14,856 bases of DNA. Source: Archangium sp. (GTDB taxonomy: Bacteria > Myxococcota > Myxococcia > Myxococcales > Myxococcaceae). Position 1 is the first letter of the stretch; the number at the start of each line of letters is the position of its first letter. Positions 1 to 7,541 of this stretch are shown here, piece by piece. The translations under genes and the position numbers were made by a program. The stretch is from contig JANLPS010000343.1 of the NCBI GenBank assembly GCA_031367385.1, positions 1 through 14,856 on the forward strand, written 5' to 3'. Under the pieces are notes generated by a model that saw only the letters and a list, made by a program, of their open reading frames with translations, made no database searches and had not been told where the DNA came from.

Positions 1-857
1 ACCCGGTGAAGAAGTTCGCGACCGAGGCGCAGAAGAAGGTTTTTCTGCACCCGTACGCCCGCGGCGAGAAGCTTGGGTGTTTCGGGCTGACCGAGCCGCA
101 GGCCGGCTCAGACGCGGCTGCGCAGAACACCATCGCCGTGAAAAAGGGCGACCGCTACCTCATCAACGGCTCGAAGAATTGGATCACCGTGGGCCCCAAG
201 GCCGACGCGATGGTGCTCTTCACGATGACCGACAAGGCCGCTGGCCACAAAGGCATCACCGCGTTTCTGGTGCCGACCGAGACCAAGGGCTTTCGGCGCA
301 TGCCCCCCGATCGCAAGATGGGCATCTCGGCCGCGTGGAGCTGCACGATGTACTTCGAAGACATGGAGGTGCCCGCGGAGAACATGCTCGGCAAAGAAGG
401 TGACGGCTTCAAGGTCGCCATGTCGACCCTCGATGGAGGCCGCATCGGCATCGCGGCGCAGGCGTTGGGCATTGCGCGCGCGGCGTACGAAGAGGCCGTC
501 GCCTATTCGGGTGACCGCACGTCATTCGGGAAAAAGATTCGCGAGCACCAGGCCATTCAGTTCATGATCGCCGACATGGCCACCGAGCTCGACGCCGCTC
601 GCATGCTGATCTGGCGCGCGGCGATGATGAAAGACCAAGGCGTTCGCCACTCGACCGAGTCAGCGATGGCGAAGCTCTATGCCTCTGAGATGTCGCGCCG
701 GGTGACCAACACCTCGCTGCAGATCTTCGGCGGCATGGGCTACTCCAAGGAGATGGACGCAGAGCGCCACGTGCGCGACGCCCGCATCACTGAAATCTAC
801 GAAGGCACGAGCGAAATTCAGCGCATCGTCATCTCCACGAACCTCTTGAAAGACTAA
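1..857 (+). CDS. Acyl-CoA dehydrogenase (short-chain/butyryl-CoA type), 5' end truncated by the window edge
   Basis: ACAD motifs GCFGLTEPQAGSD, NGSKNWIT, KMGI, LDGGRIGIAAQALG, QIFGGMGY, RDARITEIYEGTSEIQR. The frame is open to the window start and lacks the N-terminal helical domain. Confidence 0.96.
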   Translation, partial: PVKKFATEAQKKVFLHPYARGEKLGCFGLTEPQAGSDAAAQNTIAVKKGDRYLINGSKNWITVGPKADAMVLFTMTDKAAGHKGITAFLVPTETKGFRRMPPDRKMGISAAWSCTMYFEDMEVPAENMLGKEGDGFKVAMSTLDGGRIGIAAQALGIARAAYEEAVAYSGDRTSFGKKIREHQAIQFMIADMATELDAARMLIWRAAMMKDQGVRHSTESAMAKLYASEMSRRVTNTSLQIFGGMGYSKEMDAERHVRDARITEIYEGTSEIQRIVISTNLLKD

Positions 858-862
858 CGACC

Positions 863-1339
863 ATGCTCCTTGCCCTCTTGCTGACCCTCTCGCTGGCCGC
901 TGACAAGCCGGCCAAGGCTCCCGCGAAGAAACCCAACACCATGAGCTCGGTGATTCGCGACGTGAGCAGCACCGCGTCGATCGCCACCAGCGACGCCGGA
1001 GCCGAGCACATCGTCAACGGCATCGACGTCTCGAAGCTGCCGTTCACGCCTGACTCGATCAAGCAGGTCGTGCTCTCGTACCAACCGCAGGTGCAGGGCT
1101 GTCACGAAGAGGCGATGGCCGCCGCGAAGCCGATCACCGGCGTCGTCAAGGTCGCCTTCATCATCACCGCCGATGGCATGGTCAAGAGCGCCAAGGTCGA
1201 CAAGAAGGCCTCGGGCATCAAAGACCCGCACCTGCACGACTGCCTCGTCGCCGTCGTCTCGTCGATGCACTTCCCGATGCCGCCTGACGGCAAAGATCAC
1301 CCGATCGAGTTTCCCTTCAATTTGAAGCCGGTCGAGTAA
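863..1339 (+). CDS. Exported AgmX/PglI C-terminal (TonB_C-like) domain protein
   Basis: Signal peptide MLLALLLTLSLAA and Lys/Ala/Pro linker, followed by IKQVV...VQGCHEEA...GVVKVAFIITADGMVKSAKV...LHDCLV...MHFPMP...IEFPFNL, a TonB_C-like pattern with a Cys pair. Confidence 0.8.
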   Translation: MLLALLLTLSLAADKPAKAPAKKPNTMSSVIRDVSSTASIATSDAGAEHIVNGIDVSKLPFTPDSIKQVVLSYQPQVQGCHEEAMAAAKPITGVVKVAFIITADGMVKSAKVDKKASGIKDPHLHDCLVAVVSSMHFPMPPDGKDHPIEFPFNLKPVE

Positions 1340-1344
1340 CCGCC

Positions 1345-2493
1345 ATGGAGCTCGAGCTCAGCGACACCCAGCGCCTGATTCGTGACACCTCTCGCACCTT
1401 TGCGCGCGAAGTCGTCGCACCTCGGGCCCGCCACACCGATCGCGAAGAGGTCTTTCCTGAAGACGTGTACCGGCAGATGGGCGAGCTCGGGTTGCTCGGC
1501 ATCCATGTGCCCGCCGCGTACGGTGGCGCTGAGGCTGGCCCGGTCAGCTACGCACTGGCGATGATGGAGGTCTCCGCTGCCTGCTGCTCGACCTCGGTCG
1601 GCATGGCCGTCACCAACATGTGCGCCGAGCTGATCACCGCGTTCGGCACCGAGGCGCAGAAGCAGAAGTTCGTCACCCGGCTCACCAGTGGCGCTGCGGT
1701 CGCTGGCGCTTTTGCGTTGTCTGAAGCGCAGGCCGGCTCTGACCCCGGCGCGATGGCGACCACCGCGGTGCTCAGGGGTGACCGCTGGGTGCTCAACGGC
1801 AGCAAACAGTGGATCACCTCGGGCGCCTACGCGGGCGTCATGGTGGTCTGGGCGCGCACCTCAGGGCCGGGCAACAAAGGGTTGTCGTGCTTCATCGTCG
1901 AGAAGGGCACTCCTGGGCTCACCGCGGGCCGGCCTGAAGACAAGATGGGCCTTCGCGGCTCGAACACCGTGCCGCTGACCTTCGAGAACTGCGAAATTCC
2001 CCCTGAGAACCTGCTGGGCAAGCTGGGCGACGGCTTCAAGTTGGCGATGATCGCCCTCGACGGAGGCCGCATCGGCATCGCGTCACAGGCCTGTGGGCTC
2101 GGTCGGGCGGCGATCGAGGCGTCGGTGCGGTACGCGAAAGAACGGCAGGCCTTCGGCAAGCCCATCGGTGCATTTCAGGGCATCGCGTTCATGCTGGCCG
2201 ACATGGCGACTCAGCAGCAGGCCGCCGAGCTGATGACCCTGCGCGCGGCACAGCTCAAAGAGAACCAGCAGCCGTTCAGCCGCGAGGCCTCGATGGCGAA
2301 GCTGTTCGCGAGCGAGATGTCGAACCGGGTGTGCGACCACGCCGTACAGATTCACGGCGGGGCAGGGTACGTCGACGATTTTCCGGTCGAGCGGTACCTG
2401 CGCGATGCCCGCGTTCAGACGATCTACGAAGGCACCAGCGAAGTGCAACGCATCGTCATCGCCCGCGAATCGTTCAAAGCCCTCTCGCTCTAA
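1345..2493 (+). CDS. Acyl-CoA dehydrogenase
   Basis: Full-length 382 aa with GAFALSEAQAGSD, NGSKQWIT, KMGLRGS, LDGGRIGIA, QIHGGAGY and RDARVQTIYEGTSEVQR. Confidence 0.97.
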   Translation: MELELSDTQRLIRDTSRTFAREVVAPRARHTDREEVFPEDVYRQMGELGLLGIHVPAAYGGAEAGPVSYALAMMEVSAACCSTSVGMAVTNMCAELITAFGTEAQKQKFVTRLTSGAAVAGAFALSEAQAGSDPGAMATTAVLRGDRWVLNGSKQWITSGAYAGVMVVWARTSGPGNKGLSCFIVEKGTPGLTAGRPEDKMGLRGSNTVPLTFENCEIPPENLLGKLGDGFKLAMIALDGGRIGIASQACGLGRAAIEASVRYAKERQAFGKPIGAFQGIAFMLADMATQQQAAELMTLRAAQLKENQQPFSREASMAKLFASEMSNRVCDHAVQIHGGAGYVDDFPVERYLRDARVQTIYEGTSEVQRIVIARESFKALSL

Positions 2494-2498
2494 GTCGA

Positions 2499-2611
2499 AC
2501 GGCCCCTCTCATGGTGAGCCCGTCGAACCACGAACACGGCCCACCTCTCATGGTGAGCCCATCGAACCACGAACACGGCCCAGCTCTCATGGTGAGCCCG
2601 TCGAACCACGA
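2499..2611. repeat. Three tandem copies (39-bp period) of a REP-like imperfect palindrome, core CTCTCATGGTGAGCCCRTCGAACCACGA
   Basis: Cores at 2506-2533, 2545-2572 and 2584-2611, with near-identical 11-bp linkers (acacggcccac / acacggcccag). The array fills the gap between two convergent stop codons. Confidence 0.92.
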
Positions 2612-2616
2612 CCCCA

Positions 2617-5154
2617 TCACTTCTTCTTCGCCCCCTGCAGCGGAAAATTGCCGTCGAGCGTGCCCTGCGCAGCCAGCTTGATGGGCCCGCTCTTCGACTT
2701 GTCGACGATCGTGAGCAGCACCTCTTTCGCCCAGTCGTTCTTCACGTCGTCGAGCAGCTCGAGCACCTGCGTGCGGGCCTCCAAGGCGAGCCCGGTCTCG
2801 TCGAGCACCAGGTCGCGCACCAGCCCGGCGAACTCATTGGTGTTCTTCAAGGTCGGGTTGTCATCGAGTTGGTAGCAAAGCTCCTGAGACAGCTCGTTGT
2901 CTGAGCCCTTGAGCACGTCTCGAAGCAGCGCGACGACCTCTCCGTTCGTCACCCTGCCCAGCGCCTGGGCGACGCGCCGGTAGTACGGGTACCCGCGGCC
3001 CTTCTGCGTGATCAACGCCGTTCGCAGCGTCGCGATCGCCGCCGAGTTGCTCATCAACGCTACTCCAATCGCGATGCCCGGCAGATAATTGATGTCGATC
3101 TCCGTCTGGCTGAGCTGGTCGATCAAATACTGGTGCCCTTCGCTCGAGTCGGTTCGCCCCAGCAGCGACATCGCCTTGTTGCGAACGAGAATCGTACCGA
3201 CGGCGTCATCGGTCAGGCCGGTCGGCTTCTTGGCCAGCGAGAAGATCGTCTCTGACAGCTCGTGCGGCAGCTTCTTGAACCGCGTCGTGAGCAGCCGCTC
3301 CATCACCGCCTCGCGCACGTACGATGACGGGTCTTTGTTGAGCACATCGAGAATCGCCCCCATCGCCGAGGTCGTGGGAGCGGTCTCCAACTTCATGTCC
3401 GAATTCCCCAACTCGCCCATCAGGTTGTACGTCGCGAGCAAGCGCCAGGTCGGGTCGGGGTCGTACCGTGCCGCGAGCGCCCACTGCTCCTCCGACACCG
3501 ATGACGAGTTCACCCGGCTCAAGGCGCCGAAGTCTTTGTTCCAGTTGATCCACTCCGGAGCCGCCATCACGTCGAACGACACCGTCACCTCGGGCTTGTC
3601 GACGGTGATGACCTGCTCCTTGGTGAAGGCGGGCTCGCTGGTGCGGTGCACCACGATCGGCAACTTGAAGACGAAGGGGCCCTTCTCGTCGGTACGGTTC
3701 GGGCGCTGCCGAATCGTCACCGTCAAGCGGTTGCCGCTCAAGCTCGTCTCGGGGAAGAGCACGGGGTACCCCTTCTTCAGCAGCCACGCGTCTTTGAAGG
3801 CCTTCGTTTCTTTTTCGTTCTTCGTGACCACCGCGACGATCTTGAAGAAGTCGGCGCTGGTCGCACTGCCGTAAGCGAACTTCTCGAGGTACGACTTCAC
3901 GATCGACTTGAAGGCATCTTTGCCGACCCACAGCTCGAGCATGTGCAGCACCGCGGCGCCCTTCACGTAGCTCGTGTCGTCGAACAGCTCCTCTGCCGAG
4001 AGCGGCTTGGCCGGCGTCAACGCGTGCGAGTGCGGCCCATTCTCTTCGCGAAAATACCCGTCGATGATTGACGCCACCCGGTCGATCTCGGCTGCGTCGT
4101 TGTCGTCGTAGTCATCATGCGCGGCGGCACCGAGCCAGGTCGCGAAGCCCTCGTTGAGCCAGGTGTCGTCCCACCAGGCGCAGGTGATGTCATTGCCGAA
4201 CCACTGGTGCGCCATTTCGTGCGCCATCAAATTGACCACGACCGAGCGGCCCGGCTGATCATTCTTGTGCTCGACCACCACCTTCGACTCGCGCTCGAAG
4301 ATGAGCGAGGTGTTCTCCATGCCGCTGGTGGCTTTGTGCGCTATCGCCACGATGTCGAGCTTGGCCCAGGGGTAGCGCGTGCCAGTCGCTCCCACCATGA
4401 AGTTGAAGAGCGGCTTGAGCGCATTCACCGCGGCGAAGGCCCGATCTTTCGAGCCCGGCCGAACCCAGATCGTCGCGGGGATGTCGGGCGACGCTTCAAC
4501 CGCCTCGAATTGCCCAACCGCCAACGCCGTCAAGTACACCGAGTGCGGCTTGTCTTGCACCCAGGTCACGCGGCGCAGGTTTCGCCCGTTTTCGCTGAAC
4601 TTTTCGTCTTTGGTCTTTCGGCCGTTCGACAACACCATGTACTTCTCGTCGACCACGCCCTGAATCTCGAACGTCGCCTTGTCGGCTGGCTGATCATTGC
4701 AGGGAAAAAACCGCTGCGCGTACATCGGCTCGAACTGGGTGAAGAACGAAGGCGGCGACTTGCCGTCATCGCTTGGCACCATGAATAGGCCCTCTTCGCT
4801 GCTGGTCGCCTTGCCCGAATACGCCATCTCGACCGTGATCTCTTTGCCCGCCGGCACCGCCTTGGGCAGCTTGATGATCAACACACCCGTCTTCGCGATC
4901 GGGTCGTACCTCGGGCTTGGGGTCGCCGCCGCTCCGTCGACCAACGCCAACTCGACCGCGAGGTTGTAGGCGTCGAGCTCGATCTCGGTGACCGTCTTGA
5001 GTGCCTTCAACTTCGCCGTCATGCGGTTTTTGAAGGTGCCGTCTTCGTCGAGGTGCACCTCGAGCTTGTAGCTGATCGCGTCATACGGCCTGACCTTGGG
5101 AGCGAAGGGTGGAGCGGCGGTCAGCGTCGTCAGCATCACCAGGGCGGTCATCAT
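2617..5154 (-). CDS. M1-family zinc aminopeptidase with C-terminal helical (HEAT-like) region, probably exported
   Basis: TQFEP...RFFPCNDQP.DKATF, SGMEN (4312-4326), HEMAHQWFGN (HEXXH at 4207-4221), WLNEGFA and SYVKGA. Start placed at ATG 5154 (MMTALVMLTTLTAAP, signal-like) because the longer ORF overlaps the divergent gene. Confidence 0.95.
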   Translation of the reverse strand: MMTALVMLTTLTAAPPFAPKVRPYDAISYKLEVHLDEDGTFKNRMTAKLKALKTVTEIELDAYNLAVELALVDGAAATPSPRYDPIAKTGVLIIKLPKAVPAGKEITVEMAYSGKATSSEEGLFMVPSDDGKSPPSFFTQFEPMYAQRFFPCNDQPADKATFEIQGVVDEKYMVLSNGRKTKDEKFSENGRNLRRVTWVQDKPHSVYLTALAVGQFEAVEASPDIPATIWVRPGSKDRAFAAVNALKPLFNFMVGATGTRYPWAKLDIVAIAHKATSGMENTSLIFERESKVVVEHKNDQPGRSVVVNLMAHEMAHQWFGNDITCAWWDDTWLNEGFATWLGAAAHDDYDDNDAAEIDRVASIIDGYFREENGPHSHALTPAKPLSAEELFDDTSYVKGAAVLHMLELWVGKDAFKSIVKSYLEKFAYGSATSADFFKIVAVVTKNEKETKAFKDAWLLKKGYPVLFPETSLSGNRLTVTIRQRPNRTDEKGPFVFKLPIVVHRTSEPAFTKEQVITVDKPEVTVSFDVMAAPEWINWNKDFGALSRVNSSSVSEEQWALAARYDPDPTWRLLATYNLMGELGNSDMKLETAPTTSAMGAILDVLNKDPSSYVREAVMERLLTTRFKKLPHELSETIFSLAKKPTGLTDDAVGTILVRNKAMSLLGRTDSSEGHQYLIDQLSQTEIDINYLPGIAIGVALMSNSAAIATLRTALITQKGRGYPYYRRVAQALGRVTNGEVVALLRDVLKGSDNELSQELCYQLDDNPTLKNTNEFAGLVRDLVLDETGLALEARTQVLELLDDVKNDWAKEVLLTIVDKSKSGPIKLAAQGTLDGNFPLQGAKKK

Positions 5155-5221
5155 GGGGCGCGCACCGTATGCGAAACGACCGTCCCTCGCACCGGGCTTT
5201 CGCTGTAAGGTCGGCCCGCGT

Positions 5222-5593
5222 ATGGCACTGGGCACCCAGCTTCGAGACCTGGTCGACAGCTTCAGCGAGCTCACCGCTCAGCACATTCGGTTGGCGCGCG
5301 TCGAGCTCGCCTCTGACGCCAAGTTCATCGGAGTGCGCGTCGGGGTCATCGCTGTTTTGGCCCCGATGATTCTCGTCGGGTACGGCTTTCTCTGTGTCGC
5401 CCTCGCGTATGCCCTTCAGCGCGTCATCGCCATCGACCTGTCATTCTTTCTGGTGGGCCTCATCAACCTCCTCATCGGCGCGGTGGGCATCGGGTACGCG
5501 GTCAAGCAGCTGCAGTCACGCCCCGTGCTCGACGAGACCATTCGAGAGCTCGATGCCACGCAGGCCCTGGTGCGGCGGGAGCCCGAGCGATGA
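5222..5593 (+). CDS. YqjE-like ('phage holin family') two-TM membrane protein
   Basis: LRDLVDSFSELTAQHIRLARVEL N-terminal amphipathic helix, two hydrophobic segments and a P.LDETIREL tail. ATG at 5222. Confidence 0.8.
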   Translation: MALGTQLRDLVDSFSELTAQHIRLARVELASDAKFIGVRVGVIAVLAPMILVGYGFLCVALAYALQRVIAIDLSFFLVGLINLLIGAVGIGYAVKQLQSRPVLDETIRELDATQALVRREPER

Positions 5594-5820
5594 GCGACGT
5601 GCTCGCCAAGTACCAGCCAGTCACGGCGCTCACCACCGCGCAGGCCAGGGCCGAGCTCAACGCCACCCGTGAGCGCGCCCGTGCCCAGCTCGCCGCCCTC
5701 GAGACCGAGCTCGTCGCCATGGTCAGTTGGCGCGAGATCGTTCGCCGCCACCCCGTCGCGACCCTCGTTGGCGCATTCGCCTTCGGGCTCGCTGTCTCTC
5801 AACTCTGGCGTCGCCGCTGA
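5590..5820 (+). CDS. Small coiled-coil + C-terminal TM protein (YqjK/DUF3618-like)
   Basis: ATGA overlap with the upstream stop; RAELNATRERARAQLAALE helix; WREIVRRHPVATLVGAFAFG...RRR tail anchor. Confidence 0.7.
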   Translation: MSDVLAKYQPVTALTTAQARAELNATRERARAQLAALETELVAMVSWREIVRRHPVATLVGAFAFGLAVSQLWRRR

Positions 5821-5840
5821 AACCGTTGCAAGGAGGCATC

Positions 5841-6059
5841 ATGAGCACCACCCACACCTCGCAGAATGGCACCTCGACCGACGAAGGCCCGCTGGGCGAC
5901 GTCGCCGAACGCTTGGCCCCGAAGATCGAAGAAGCGCAGGAGCAGCTGATGGCGCTCAATGAGCGCGTCAAGGGCTTCATCAAAGCGAACCCCGGCACGA
6001 CCTTGCTCGGCGCGGTGGCCTTGGGCTTCGTGATCGGCCGATTGGCGTCGCGCCGATGA
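5841..6059 (+). CDS. ElaB/YqjD (DUF883)-like tail-anchored protein
   Basis: AGGAGG RBS at 5831-5836 and ATG at 5841. VKGFIKANPGTTLLGAVALGFVIGRLASRR matches the DUF883 C-terminal pattern. Confidence 0.78.
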   Translation: MSTTHTSQNGTSTDEGPLGDVAERLAPKIEEAQEQLMALNERVKGFIKANPGTTLLGAVALGFVIGRLASRR

Positions 6060-6403
6060 CGACCTCCAAGCGAGCCCACCCCAAGCCACGCGCGCATCGC
6101 GAAGAGTCGATGGGTGAGACCGTCGCCGGAGCCGCCAAGAACGCCGGCGAGGCCGTCAACGGCGCCGCCGAGGCCGTGGGGCTGGCTGACCGCGTCGCCG
6201 CGAACCCGTATGGCATGGTCGCCGCGGCCATCGGTGTCGGCTACGTCGCCGGCGGTGGCCTCTTCACCCCCACCACCGGCCGGTTGATTGAGCTGACGCT
6301 CAAGCTTGCCTCGGTGCCCTTCGTTCGCGGCCGGCTGCTCGACATGGCCGAGAACGCAATCGAAGGCATTCTTCAACAAACCAGAAAGCTGGATCCGAAA
6401 TGA
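6056..6403 (+). CDS. Small membrane-associated hypothetical protein
   Basis: ATGA overlaps at both ends; Ala-rich helix followed by RVAANPYGMVAAAIGVGYVAGGGL. Confidence 0.7.
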   Translation: MTTSKRAHPKPRAHREESMGETVAGAAKNAGEAVNGAAEAVGLADRVAANPYGMVAAAIGVGYVAGGGLFTPTTGRLIELTLKLASVPFVRGRLLDMAENAIEGILQQTRKLDPK

Positions 6404-6660
6404 AAGAGATCGCCATTCTCAAAGAGCTCAAGAAGCGGTTGGGCGACGTCGAGCGCGATGATCTGCTCGAGATGATCGGCCTCGAAGAGCGTCGCACCAG
6501 CGGTGACAAGTTGCTGCCTGGTTTGGCCATGTTCGGCGCGGGCATGTTGATCGGCGTCGGCCTGGGGCTGATGCTCGCTCCCAAGCCAGGAGCCGCGCTG
6601 CGCGAAGACTTGAAAGCGCATCTGGGCCAAGGCGATGCCGAGAGCCCCGAAGTCGTTTGA
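6400..6660 (+). CDS. YtxH-domain small membrane protein
   Basis: FGAGMLIGVGLGLMLAPKPGAALREDLK matches the YtxH pattern GxxxGxxxGLLxAPxxGxxxRxxL; ATGA coupling. Confidence 0.8.
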   Translation: MKEIAILKELKKRLGDVERDDLLEMIGLEERRTSGDKLLPGLAMFGAGMLIGVGLGLMLAPKPGAALREDLKAHLGQGDAESPEVV

Positions 6661-7541
6661 ACCGGCACGACACGCCGGTCGATGAGGTGCCGGTGGGTGA
6701 TGCGAGCCAGCTCGCGTTGGCCCGCGTGCGACGGCTCGAGACCATCGATTCGGCCTACGCCGCGTGGGCGCAGCTGCTGAGCGAGCGCCGTGCCCGGGTG
6801 GCGTATTTCGAGGCTGAATACCGGCGCATCGATGAGCAGGGCAGCCTGATTTTGGGCGCCGTGCGCACCGCCAATTCCGTCGCGAAGGGCCTCGAAGGGC
6901 CCGAGTCGGGGCTCGAGCTGTTCCTCACCGATTCACGCGCCAAGCTCGAGGCTCTGCGCAGTGGCCTCGCGGCGACCGAAGCTGCCGAGCGGGCGTCGTT
7001 CGATCAGGCCATCATCGAAATCTCGAGCGCGCTGCACACCCGCATCGAGCAACGGGCCAAGGTGCTCAAGCCGGTGCTCCGCGTGATGGTACGAGCCATG
7101 CCCGCGGGTCAGCGCATTCTGCACGCCGAGCGACTCTCAACCGACGACTCCATCGCACTCTTCTTCGTACTGACCGGTGGCAAAATCCCCAGCCGGTATG
7201 GGTACTTGTTCGACGACTCGACCGATGACCCGACGGCCGTGCCTCCGTGGGTCTACCCCGATGAAGGCGTCATCGACGCGCGACCTCCGCCCGCGACCCT
7301 CGCGGCGTTGCTCGGGGCACGCAACGAGGTGTGGCCGGTGAAGGGCATGATTCCACTCTGGTTGCCGGGTGAGCGTCGCATGGCCCGCTGGCTCCAGCGA
7401 GGGGCCGTGATGGAGGCCGAGGTCGCCGATGGAGATGGCTTTCGCAATCTGCTCAGCACAGACGAGGCCGAACGGTTGCTCGGTCTGATGCTGTCACTCA
7501 AGCTCGCGGGCACGCTCGAGCTCGAGCTCTCTCAGGGCTGA
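6657..7541 (+). CDS. Hypothetical protein (N-terminal coiled coil, C-terminal globular domain)
   Basis: 294-aa ORF with coding-like codon usage and a TTGA start/stop overlap with the YtxH gene. No family recognised. Confidence 0.75.
   Translation: MNRHDTPVDEVPVGDASQLALARVRRLETIDSAYAAWAQLLSERRARVAYFEAEYRRIDEQGSLILGAVRTANSVAKGLEGPESGLELFLTDSRAKLEALRSGLAATEAAERASFDQAIIEISSALHTRIEQRAKVLKPVLRVMVRAMPAGQRILHAERLSTDDSIALFFVLTGGKIPSRYGYLFDDSTDDPTAVPPWVYPDEGVIDARPPPATLAALLGARNEVWPVKGMIPLWLPGERRMARWLQRGAVMEAEVADGDGFRNLLSTDEAERLLGLMLSLKLAGTLELELSQG

Noticed and set aside
21..2460. Recent duplication or gene conversion between the two ACAD genes
   Set aside because: Shared nucleotide runs are short and confined to conserved protein motifs; the proteins are clearly diverged paralogs.
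2499..2611. Mini CRISPR array
   Set aside because: The 'spacers' are only 11 bp and nearly identical, no cas genes are present, and a lone copy occurs at 11391. This fits a REP-like tandem repeat.
2331..2875. ORFs with repeated LMVSPSNHE / HGEPVEP peptides (also 11194-11673)
   Set aside because: These are translations of the REP-like DNA repeat and overlap real genes.
5096..5274. Extended N-termini of the aminopeptidase (from 5274) and the YqjE-like gene (from 5096)
   Set aside because: They would overlap each other head-to-head and are not protein-like. Starts at 5154 and 5222 leave a clean 67-bp divergent promoter gap.
5222..5593. Prophage lysis gene (holin)
   Set aside because: The YqjE-like family carries a holin label, but there is no endolysin, integrase or structural phage gene, and the context is a stress-type small-protein operon.
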